Of a stretch of 36,333 nucleotides of DNA, positions 10,835 through 21,772 are shown piece by piece. Each line of letters starts with the position of its first letter. Positions within the stretch are counted from its first letter, which is position 1. The translations under genes were made by a program, and so were the position numbers. This DNA is from Patellaria atrata CBS 101060 (lineage: Eukaryota), in contig MU006101.1 in the NCBI GenBank assembly GCA_010093705.1, forward strand, positions 310,001-346,333, written 5' to 3'. The notes beneath the pieces are model-generated. The model was given only the letters and a program-made list of their open reading frames with translations. It was not told where the DNA came from and did no database searches.

Positions 10835-12512
10835 ATGATGTCAACACGAAACAATTTAAAAAGGAAGATGGGACCGTCAGATTCCTATCTTCCTACTTGG
10901 AATCCCAAACTAATCAATGGTGTGCTAATAATGATTACTATGATATCGTTCGCAACAATATTAGCTGCCCTCCTGGTCAGCCCGAATCCAGGTACCGCCC
11001 TTCCATCAAGGGGAAAGCACCATGGTAAAGAGATAAATGAATTCGTTTACGTGGATGGACTTCGTCTTAGGACTTCCCAGGGCCTCCACTACCTCACTGG
11101 GCTCAACTACTGGAGCTGCATGAATCTGGCTGCGGATGAATCTTTGGGTGGGAATTACTCACGCCTTGTTACAGAACTAGACCAGATGGCAGCCAAAGGG
11201 GTCAACCATCTGCGTATCATGGCATCATCCGAGGGTGCGCCCACACCTCAGCCGTTTAGGATGAGTCCGCCCTTATTAGAGGCCCCTGGCAAATACAACG
11301 AGGATGTATTCGTGGGCTTGGATCGATGTCTCGCAGAGATGGGAGCAAGAGGTATGCGTGCTACGATGACGCTCGGAAATGAGTGGCAATGGTCTGGAGG
11401 GTTCGCACAATTCGTAAGCTGGGCTAACGATGACGAACCGATACCATATCCATCATCTTGGAACCTAACTGCTCCGCCGCAGCGCGAGATTCCAAGGACA
11501 GGATGGGGAGATTACACGGTACAGGGCATAGACGCAGCGCCCTACCCCGAATTTGTTGATTTTGCGAACAGAATCTACAATGACACACGTGCGGAACAGA
11601 TGTACAGAGACCATGTCGCCACGGTGATAAATCGTCGTAATACTATCACTGGCCGTGTCTATAACTCGGATCCAACGATCATGACATGGCAGCTTGCTAA
11701 CGAGCCTCAAGCTCAAGCACCGTTGGGTTGGGAGGGTCCTTACGATATCTTCTTGAAACCTAATCCCGACGACTTACTCCTCCCCTGGGTGGAGCGTACT
11801 TCGGCTTGGATCAAGTCGCTAGCACCTAGACACCTTGTAAGCGTAGGCCTTGAGAGTAAACAAGGGGAATGGTACTTCAAAGAGGTTCATAAGTTTCCTG
11901 CGGTTGATTACGCGACAGCCCACTGTTGGGTGCAGAACTGGGGTATCTACGACATGTATAACTCGAGTGAAGCAAACCTGCGAAAAGCAGAAGATTTTGC
12001 GGTAGATTTTGTCAGGAATACCAGCCAGTGGGCGGTTGATATCGGGAAGCCGGTGTTTCTGGAGGAATTCGGAATGGCGAGAGATAACTGGGAGAATATT
12101 GGGAAGGAGTATCCATACCTAAGTTCAGCGAACACAACGCATAAGGATGCTTATTTTGAAGTATGTACTTTCCTCTTCGCTCTTCCTTCTTTCCACCCAC
12201 CTCATCCCTTTATCACCTGATATGAGTAAAGTTAGATGCACATACTAACGTACCTAGACCATTATATTCACCGTTGTAGAGAAATTCAAGGATGACGGTG
12301 CTTACGTTGGCACCTGTCCTTGGGCTTACGGAGGTATCTGGCGTCCTGAAACACAGTATATCAATGACTTCGGCATGGTTTGGGCAGGTGATCCACCACA
12401 CGAGAGCCCCGGATGGTACGATCTCTATGATACCGACTCTGCGATGGAGATTGTACATAACCAACAAAAAGACGTGCACGCATGGTTAGAGGAGGAAGGT
12501 CTCTGTAGGTAA
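10835..12512 (+). CDS. Glycoside hydrolase family 5 beta-mannanase (GH5_7-like); exons 10835-12160, 12258-12512
   Basis: Motifs G.NYW, LRIMASSEG, N.WQWSGG..Q, catalytic WQLANEP and LEEFG, and C-terminal GDPPHE.PGWY.LYD.D. Intron 12161-12257 reads GTATGT...ACTAAC...TAG and restores the frame. Confidence 0.92.
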
Positions 12513-13476
12513 AACAGATTGTGATCACTTGAACCTTCCCTGCACATAGCATTCCTGGTTCCTGTACGCTACCTGCCACTTTACATGGGAAAAAACAGAA
12601 CGAACAAGGTACTCTTGAATCGTACCAGATTCCTGGTTGATTAGACAGGTTGAAGAGGCCCCTAAGCGATCAACTTCCCATAAGGGTTGTTCGCGGACTT
12701 GGTGACAAACTGGCCTTGCTAATAGAATAACAACACCATAGTAAGTGACAACGGGCCAGTGACCTGAAAGTCGATCATCCAGTCCTATTATCAGTGTTAG
12801 CACCTCGTAAAGCAGATCTGCAACAGATCACCACATTTCAAAACCGAACATCTCCCATGCAACCCACAAAGATCATCCCTTTAACTTTCCCATTACTAAA
12901 TAAAAGTCAACCTACACTAACCCTCCAGAGACACATCACGTAGGAACTAGCGCTGACCGCTCCGATGACCTCATCTCCCACCTCCTTCCAAACCCGTAAA
13001 TCCTAATTATCCATCTCTTGAACAAACTATACCCCAGCATTATCCCCAGACAGCAACCGACCCAAAACACAAAATATTCACCGAGTCGCGCACGTCCCAC
13101 GGGTCAACGCTACCCACCGATCTAGCCACGAAAGCGCCAGATCGACGAGACTTGGCGGAGCGGGCGTCCTTGGCAACTATGGGGCGGAAAAATGGCGTGG
13201 AGTTCAATGTTACTCATGTCAGTGCTCAGGGAGAGTATTTCCATTTCGGGGATCCCACTCGAAATCCAGGATGAGGCGGAAAGATCTCGGTCTTAACCGT
13301 CTTAGCGAAGAAGCGTTTTCTGCTCTAGGGAAACGGTAGGAGAGGTTTGTTAAGAAGAGATGGGGATGGGTTGGGATTGTTTTGTGGAAGATGGGCTAAT
13401 ACCAGAACTGAAGGTGCTTGAACGGGAGAGAAGGACGCGAGTTGTGAGTGAAGACAGATATAGTGGCTGGGAAGGT

Positions 13477-13484
13477 TATATAAA
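13477..13484 (+). promoter_or_regulatory. TATA box of the small secreted protein gene
   Basis: TATATAAA about 80 bp upstream of the ATG at 13561, which supports that start over the longer computed ORF. Confidence 0.55.
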
Positions 13485-13560
13485 GGGTTGTCTTCGTCGC
13501 TATTTAGCACAACGACAGCATCACGCATATCATCAACCCTCTGCAGACCAGCTTGTCACA

Positions 13561-14061
13561 ATGCTCTTCTCAACTCTCAAAGTGCTCGCTTTGTCCCTCC
13601 TCGTCAGCAGCGCCTTCGCTGCTCCCCACGATGTTGCGGCGCAGAACTCCACCCTCGTCGACGCGGACTTAGAAGCTCGCCAGGTCGAAGCATGCCGTCC
13701 AGTCGGGCTCCGCGTCTTCCAGAACGATCGGTGCATTCTCGGCACCTGCACGCCGACCGGGAACTGCTTCTACAGCCCGTGCCATCAGATAACCGTTTTC
13801 AAGCGCGACGGAAGCATCTATAACAGCCAGCAGTACCCGGCCAAGGCGCCATTTGAGTATGGGTACCAGAAGGACATTGGCGGGGGATATACTTACTTCG
13901 GGAAGAAGAATGGGGACCCGGATGGTTTGGGGATGTCGGTTTCTAGCAGTTCGTGCGGCGGGATTGGGTGCCAGAACAATGCTGTTAGGCCTACGACAAG
14001 ATCGGCTCCGGGAGTTATTAGGAGGTATTATGACTGTGGTCAGACGCCAGAGGTTCCTTAG
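13561..14061 (+). CDS. Small secreted cysteine-rich protein (166 aa, 8 Cys), effector-like, family not recognised
   Basis: Signal peptide MLFSTLKVLALSLLVSSAFA, pro-region ending LEAR, 8 Cys in the mature part, upstream TATA box. Confidence 0.8.
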   Translation: MLFSTLKVLALSLLVSSAFAAPHDVAAQNSTLVDADLEARQVEACRPVGLRVFQNDRCILGTCTPTGNCFYSPCHQITVFKRDGSIYNSQQYPAKAPFEYGYQKDIGGGYTYFGKKNGDPDGLGMSVSSSSCGGIGCQNNAVRPTTRSAPGVIRRYYDCGQTPEVP

Positions 14062-14578
14062 AGGTTGATAAGGGACAAGATTCCGGTTCAGGTGAGAATT
14101 TTAGGTATCGTGAGGGTTGATGGATACTTACTCTGCACAGATGCTCGCCTGCACACGTAAAGCTTCAAGCTCTTGCTTTCGATTATATTCTCTTTCTGTC
14201 ATGAGTCCTGGTGGCTAGGGGCGGAAACTTCGGCGGTGAAAGGTTTTCCATTGTTGAAATTAGCTTTTGGGGAATTTTTGTTTTCTTTTTATACTGTCAT
14301 CTAGACCACTCTTTTGAACCAATAGAACACCCAAAAGTCCACTCGTGTCTCCAACCAGATTTGTGAACTTAGAAATCGCCAATTGTGAAGAGTTGGTTTC
14401 GTCAAGACCTCAAGAATCGAGTATGCAAAGGTAAAAAGAAATTAAATTTAAGTAATCGGCTGTAGCGAAACTTATACCTAGGTCATGGTCATTTCCCACA
14501 GAAGAAATCGCTTCTTCTTCGCTATAGCAGGTTCTAAGGAAATCCATACTCTTAACACAACGACTACCTAGTTTTCTC

Positions 14579-15305
14579 TCAAGGGATTTCATCCACTATC
14601 AGATATCAACATATGGACAAAGTAAAGATCATGAAGGGTAGTTAGTACTAACCCTCTAAAATACCTTCCTTAACAAGGTCTTCCGGCTTTGGTCTATTCG
14701 CGAGGTGCTTATCTAGACTGTCTGCACGCATGTGCCGCTCGAGTTCACGCTGATTAGCCTGCAGCGCAGGAGCGGCAGTCGAGTCTGGGAGAATATTTCC
14801 TGGGAAATAATAAGTACAATAGAAGGGAGGAGAGGCTTTCTTATTGTGGGGAAGCAGTGGTAGAAAGTGATAGCCCAAAAAATATATGTTATGATCTATG
14901 ATGTGAAGACAACGTACTCCCAACAAGCGTCTCCCGATCTGGTCTCTTCTCGAGGCTCTTCTTTAAGCTATCTGTGGCCCTTTGGCGCTCGAGCTCTTGC
15001 TGGGCTGATTGAATTGCTCTAGTATGGTGGACTTAGTTAGCCTATGTGCAAGATATATCAGATAGCAGTGGAACAGGTCAATACAGGTATTTTTCGGCAG
15101 AAACGTAGATCCAGCGGTGTTACAAAGAATCGAAGGATATTACTTACGGTGCAGCATTAGTGTCTAGAAGGATGTGTCTGTTTTTCAAGTCCTGCGCGTC
15201 TGGTCTCATCTGAAGATGCTTCTCCAGGGAGTCGCGGCGCTCGAGGGGTGAGATGGGAGTCGTGTCGACGCTAGCGGGATTCTGTGCGCTATCCTCTGAT
15301 GCCAT
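14579..15305 (-). CDS. RPEL-repeat protein (3 repeats); exons 15305-15148, 15018-14918, 14799-14653, 14595-14579
   Basis: The spliced product gives DSLEKHLQMRPDAQDLKNRHIL / DSLKKSLEKRPDRETLVGRNIL / DSLDKHLANRPKPEDLVKEGIL, with canonical GT-AG introns. The last intron and exon are less certain (alternative stop at 14648). Confidence 0.85.
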
Positions 15306-15735
15306 GTTCAAGTTGAAGACTACGAGTTAGGTATAACAGATTGAATGGCGAGTGTTCTAGAAATGGTTCGTCTTTGTTGTTTTTACGCTTGAGTAAAGTG
15401 TTTGGTAGAGATGGGTGAGATGGTAGGTGCAAGTAAGCTGTCGGAGCTTCCCTGTGGGCTGACGCAGTCACATTCCCCCCGTCAGCCGTTGCGGAGGAAA
15501 CTGGCACGTGCAGCCGTTAAGACCCCTTTGTTCCGGGGTTCTTTGGTGCGTGTGCCCCGCATCCGCTTTAGGCTAGTGTCTCATAAGGTATGGAATAGTA
15601 AACCGAAATGTTTCAAGCGAAAAGTCAAGATATATTACGATACGTTAAGATCTAATCTAATCATATCATACCCGACCTATTCAGGTTGAATCATTCTCAT
15701 CCATTTCCTTTGAGTATAAGAGTATCTCCCCTAAT

Positions 15736-17700
15736 TCATCCGCTCAATTCCTGCCTCTCATTCCTAGTTACGGGTTCCTTCTCGTTACCAGCGGCAAGCT
15801 CTGCACCGCGGGGGCTATCTCCACCTTTTCCCATATGATTTAATCCGACCTCGCGATTTATTCGGTCCATCAGCTCTTGATCAGCTTGTGCTGCACCAAC
15901 ACTTCCGAAGAGCACATCCATTTCTTCGAGCGTCAATGCCTTTGTTTCAGGGACAATGAGCCAGACGAATAGCGCTCCTCCGAATGTCAGAAGACCGAAG
16001 AAGATGTATGTGCCATAGCGCATACTTGTGAGCATATCTGGTGTTACTTGGCCGACAATGAAGTTGTTCATCCAGTTGCTGGATGCTCCGAGAGCAATTC
16101 CATAAGGACGGTTGGATAGGGGCCAGATCTCAGAAATGACAATCCAGGCACAAGGACCCCATGAATATCCGAAGTGGATGACGAAAAGCCAAACCATGGC
16201 AACAGCACCCCAACCTGCTGCTTGATGTGTTGGCCATTGGTCCTCATTCTTAGCAAAGATAATGGCGATGATGATATGGCAAGTAGCCATGCCAATGGCG
16301 CCGACAATGAGGACAGGCTTTCTTCCAAGACTATCGACGTACATGACCGCAGGAATAGTAGCCTAGGTGCAAGTTAACCGGAAGTTCTAACATCTGGTAT
16401 AGAAACCACTTACGATAAACATCACAATTCCGACAACACCGGTTGCCAGAAGCTGGATAGTATTACCGCTTAATCCGAGCCCCTCGAAGATTTGAGGTGC
16501 ATAGTATCTAAACGAAATTAGCACTCCCGCTGGAACACATGGCAAAAAGAAAAAGGAAAAGCGAAGGGCTCTTACAAGACAGCGTTGATACCAGTCCATT
16601 GCTGGAAGAACATAGTAACTGTTGCAACAATCACGCGGCGGAACATGGGCATCGTCTTAAACAATGAGGCGATGGCGACAAATTGCAGTTTGAACACGTT
16701 CAAGGGAGTCTGTTCCTTCAAGTGTGGGAACTTTTCTTCAAGAGTTCGCCTCTCGAAGTACGCCTGGGCTCTGATTTCCGCGAACTCAATCTCAATGAGC
16801 TCATGGTCCTGGTGTAATCCTCTAAGGTTTGCAAGAATACGGCGGGCTTCTGGTTCGCGGTCCTTGTAGACAAGCCAACGAGGGGAAAATGGCATGAACA
16901 GAATTCCACCACCTAGGAGTACGGCCGGAACGAGCTGCAAGCAGAGGGGAAGAAGCCATGCAGCGTCCTTCTGGCCAAGGCCAGTACCTCCGATGAAATG
17001 CTATGTGCAATTGTCAGAGAATTCCAATTCGAGTCTATGAGCTTGCCTAAGTGGTAACTTACAGTACCGTAGTCGATCCAGAAACTGATCATGATTCCGA
17101 GTGTGATAGACAGCTGCTGCAATCCGACTAATGCACCTCTAACTTCCGGTGGTGCAATTTCGGCATTGTACATTGGTACTATCATAGACAAGGAACCAAC
17201 ACCCATACCAGTGATAAATCTTCCAGCGAGGATGGACTGGTATCCAGCTGTGATTGCAGTGGCCTGAATGACAACTCCGATTATAAAAATGGTAACGTTA
17301 ACAAGAATTGCCCATTTTCTCGAAAGAATCTGTGCTAAGAAACCACTGTAGAGAGTTCCAAGCCATGCACCCAGTTCGAGAATCGAGGTAAGCCAGCCCT
17401 TCTTGGTATCGTTGGTAACATAATCACCCATATCTACCCATTATCAGTCATGTTCAGAATGTGTTTTTTGGGTCGGGATAATTCAGTCCACATACGGTTG
17501 CCGAACGCGTTCATGGTAAGGACACCACTGAAGACTCCCTGATTATAACCATAGAGAAGTCCACCAAGGCAAGCAAAGCAAGCAATACCGAACACCTTGA
17601 TATTCTTCACTAAGGCCATTGGACCAGAAGCTCCAGCAAGCGCTTGTCGGCGCGCCAGTGCCGCATGGTCGAATGGTCCACCACCGCCGATGGGAGCCAT
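15736..17700 (-). CDS. MFS sugar porter, possibly of the Lat1/LatA (L-arabitol/L-arabinose) clade; exons 17700-17496, 17433-17063, 17000-16576, 16507-16414, 16362-15736
   Basis: Sugar-porter motifs [67 protein letters not shown]...SEIWP and PETK..TLEEMD. Four in-phase GT-AG introns. The clade assignment is recalled similarity only. Confidence 0.93.
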
Positions 17701-20533
17701 GATGATTATCTATATGGTCGCTGGAACCCTAAAGTCTGAAGTTTGGATAGTTGATGCAGATGGAAGGTCCCAACGCTGGAGAAACGGTTCAGTCGCGAAG
17801 AGCTCTCGGTTCTTCGAAATCCTTCCCTGCAACGACAGGGAGAGAAGTGGGAGAGCTCCAATATATGGCATAGCTACTCGCTGATCAATAGTCATTTCGG
17901 GTGCACGGCGTTTGGAAGATACAGGACCTCCTCTCTATCCAATGCTGCGTTCTGCAAGGACCAGATCGAAGCTCCTAACCAATTGCAATTCTAGCTTGGA
18001 TAAATCAACGGTTAAATGGTCCCGCGCCGATCTGGGGTGCTCAAGCTTCCCCTTGTTCGGTGAATAAGCTCCACCTTCTGTCACCACCGACGCCTTGAAC
18101 TTCTTGAACAGCGGGAGAACTTTCTTTGGCGTTTGCTTAGTTTCGTGGCTAACAGTAAACTACAAATTATTATTCGTTCTACCCTCTACTGTCTGGGAGC
18201 GGGATAGAACGTCTACATGTCAGAACGATGTAATGGAGGAGTTGGGAATAAGAACATCAACAACTACCGAAGAGCCTGTAAGAGCGCCACACTTCGAATT
18301 TGATGTCAAATTTTTCCAACTGACGGTAGATTACAAATGCCGGGATAGTTGAGCTTAGGTACAGGTATTTCCCCAACAGGCTCATCAACTTTGCCCGAAT
18401 GCCTGGTGTAGAGATATATGTAGGGTCGAGACCAAGAACCAGAAACAGCCTACAGTTATGTGGGACCCCTCGTTGGATCGGTCTTCTGGAAGGGTGAGAT
18501 TCACGAGATGTAAGGGCTGCAAAGGCGACAATGTCGAATCAGAAGACATCTGTCAGATGAGTTTATACTACATCCACGCCGAATCTAACCCAGCCTATGA
18601 TCATTTCTGCCTGAATTGTTGCGCTACCTTACTCGTTAATGTTACTGTGTTGCTTGAGTGCTGATAGAATATGGGCCACGCTTCATCAGCTTGTTGGCAT
18701 TATTATTAGAATTATGTCTCTATTACAGTAAAACTTCCTTCACTGCTAGTAAGGCAGTGGGAGGCCTATGTAAAGAAACTCTTTGGATCATGGATCTGAC
18801 ACCATCACTTACATCTGCAGATAAAACATAATAATGGGGGATTGTATTCATCTTTTGCTTGGACAAATTTCCCAAAACCATCCCCTTATAGCAATAGTAT
18901 AATCGACAGCTCCCTGAAAAGGGATTTATGTGTATAGGAAGTTGCGCAATAGCTTAAAGGCTGCATGCGCAGTATTGTAGGTAATGCAATACAATGGGAT
19001 TAAAAAAAAAAATCAAAAAATCGACAGCTCTAAGTAGGCGAAATGTACACCTACTAACCAACTGCGAACCCAACTTACTTTTGTAGATAAACTGTTATCA
19101 ACCATAGAAAATCTCCAATCTTCAAATATATGTGGAGTCAAAGCAGCGCCTTAAAACTTATCAATCTCCAGCAAAATCTGGTTGTCCGGGATAACTGCTT
19201 TTTATGTTTTTTATGTTTGCGCACGCCCCGTGCTTTAGAAGTCTCATTGTCTATGAGGTTGCATTTTTCATCTCTCTACTCTCCTGTCATCTCTCCTCTT
19301 ATTAGGAGGTTCCCGGATTATAAAAGGAATGTCGTCGCATCCGCTCAGAATTTCTTCGCTGCGCTACGTGTACAGTACAGTACATTCACCGCGACTTTTT
19401 ACACCCAGCTCTCTAGGAAAGGATGTAACACCTTTCTCAAGGCTGGTCTTCGACCTTACCTTTGATAACTCTCTTCGCCATTATCACTTTAACTGGCATA
19501 TACCGCGAGTTCCAGGTATGCGTTTATCAGGCAACCATTTAATTCTAGCAATCGTAGGATCTAAATATTCTGTCAACTTTTCAGGCATCACAGTTTCATG
19601 AAAGGACTGTGACAGAATAGTCTCACGCTCTGCCGTGTATTGAAGGTTTGGGGGGCGGAATCTCTCATATTTCTCCATTCGCTAAACCCCCTTGAAGAAG
19701 GCTTCGAGCGCCAAATCTCTTGGTAGCAACAAAGACAAAAGACCCAGAGGATGACCGGGGTAACGCTCAGCTGAAATGTTTCGCATGGGTTAATGAAAGA
19801 ATTTATACTATACTCTCTTCTTTATCTCTATTTACAAATGCTTCTTCTAACTTCACCTTCACTCACTCATGCATCTCCTTTCCTCCCTCTGCTTGTTTTA
19901 GTCAAAGCTAGAGCAATTGTTCAAATTGAAGTCAGTCGAAGCCTCAATTCTGTTCTTGCAAATATACGTCACTCGTTCAATGAATATACCAATGAGAATG
20001 TGTATTACACGTATGGTTCATGCTGCGCCAAGCGGAAAGATGACTCTCAACAACTCATAGCTTCAACCAACGGAGAGACTCACGATAGACTCGTCTGGAA
20101 GATCGCCAATCACCTGGAGAGCTCAGGGTGCGTCTCTGCATAACATGATGATAACCAATTACTTGGTCGAAGCGGCCCCAAAGAGTTATCGCGTCCGGAT
20201 CTTCGAAACCCTGAGCTCCGAAAGAAGAGGAAAAGGTCCATTAAGAGGTCGACTCCGTACACAGTTGTAATGAGCAAGAGAGCGACATTGACACAGCTGG
20301 TCCCTGGTTCGATGGAGTGACTCTTCTCGAAGACAATATGACCGCGGTGGATACAGCTGCGGCTAAAGCTAAAGATATTGCTATTATTGGAGCAGGTATG
20401 GCGGGCTTGATGATCTGGACGTGCTTATCAAGCTTAGGTATGAACATCATTCGCATCGTTGAAGCAAGCCAACGCTTGGGGGGTCGTGTTCATACTGCTT
20501 ACTTTGGCGATCCATCAGAACGGCAATATCAAG

Positions 20534-20820
20534 ATAAGTTATTGAGTTCTTTTTTCTTTCTTTTTTCTTTCTCTACCGTGGCATTCCTCAGCTGTTGTAC
20601 GCTCAACCTTTGAAAGCAGCCGAGTCTACTGTATAGTCAACCTGAGAAGGTACGAAGAACTTCTAACCGTACCAATCAATAAACTTTAAAAATGTCGGAT
20701 ATTTACCCGTATTCTTGGCTCGAATGCTCGAGATATCTTTCAATAAAATTATAGACGCTGAGGAATGCCGACTATGGCAGGAAAAGAGATATAACCTAAG
20801 AGTATGCTAACAATTACCAC
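20534..20820 (+). other. Putative AT-AC intron (287 nt) with U2-type signals
   Basis: Begins ATAAGT, has branch site TGCTAAC at 20805-20811 and ends CCAC. Exact removal gives CAA G|AA ATG GGT CCA ATG CGC = QEMGPMR. Confidence 0.65.
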
Positions 20821-21601
20821 AAATGGGTCCAATGCGCTTCCCACATATCATCCGATATGCAGGCACGAATGAAAGCCTTGAAATCCAAGACCAGAAACTT
20901 ACGTTCGATTTCGTCAAGGAGGTCAATCGGCTCAATTCGAACGATCCAAATGTGACTGTTAATCTGATTCCGTGGATCCAAAACAGCCCGAATGGACTCA
21001 CCCACCGCTCTATTTGTCGTACTCAAGACGGGACAATACCCACCATTTCAGAAATCGTTGCGAATGCATCTCTGGGGCCTCCGCTCATGATACCTGATGC
21101 TGAAACGACCGAGTTACTGACAAAGTTGACAACTGAGCTCTTTAACCCAGCTTTCATTAGTGAACTTTTCAACAACATGTTCCAAGCACATAATGAATGG
21201 TTAACCTCTGGTCTTGGTGGACAAGGAGAGAACTGGTCTGAATTTGGACATATGCACAACTATCTTGGATACTCGCTCAATGCCATCGACCAAGCACTGG
21301 AACAGCTGTATGGAGGACCGGCAGGGTCATTCCGGGAGCTCCTAACGGAACTCAACTACTTTTCCGCGACAGATTGGAAGACAATTGACGGGGGTCTTTC
21401 TAGGCTACCCGAAGCGTTTCATCCATTGGTTGACAATATCACGACTTAAAACCGTAAAACTAGTCAGATCCGATACGAAGATGGCAAAGTACATCTGGGT
21501 TGGAAGGATAACTTCCTAGATCCGGGATATTAGACTGAGACTTTCGACTATGCGATTTCCACGGTGCTGTTCCCAATTCTGCGTTCCTGGCGTCTTCCAG
21601 C

Positions 21602-21772
21602 TGTCACGGGGTAGACCCGATAGGTATATGCCTTGGATGATCCAGCGGCTTAGTCATACTATACTTCAGTAGAACAGCATATGCTGTCTCAACACTTTCT
21701 TTCCTTAAGTCTAAGCTTCATGTACATATAGGAATATACCTTTCCGCTTTCATCTGAGGTTGAGCCATGACA
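21602..21772. mobile_element. Solo LTR (171 bp) inserted in the oxidase coding sequence
   Basis: TG...CA ends, inverted termini TGTCACGG / CCATGACA (7 of 8 match), and a 5-bp duplication CCAGC at 21597-21601 and 21773-21777. Removal restores the frame WRLPAFNPTIQSAI. Confidence 0.85.

Noticed and set aside
13360..13560. N-terminal extension of the 233-aa computed ORF
   Set aside because: It uses a non-ATG start and contains the TATA box; the signal peptide begins at ATG 13561.
19484..19678. Short protein-like minus-strand ORF upstream of the oxidase pseudogene
   Set aside because: No recognisable motif or splice structure.
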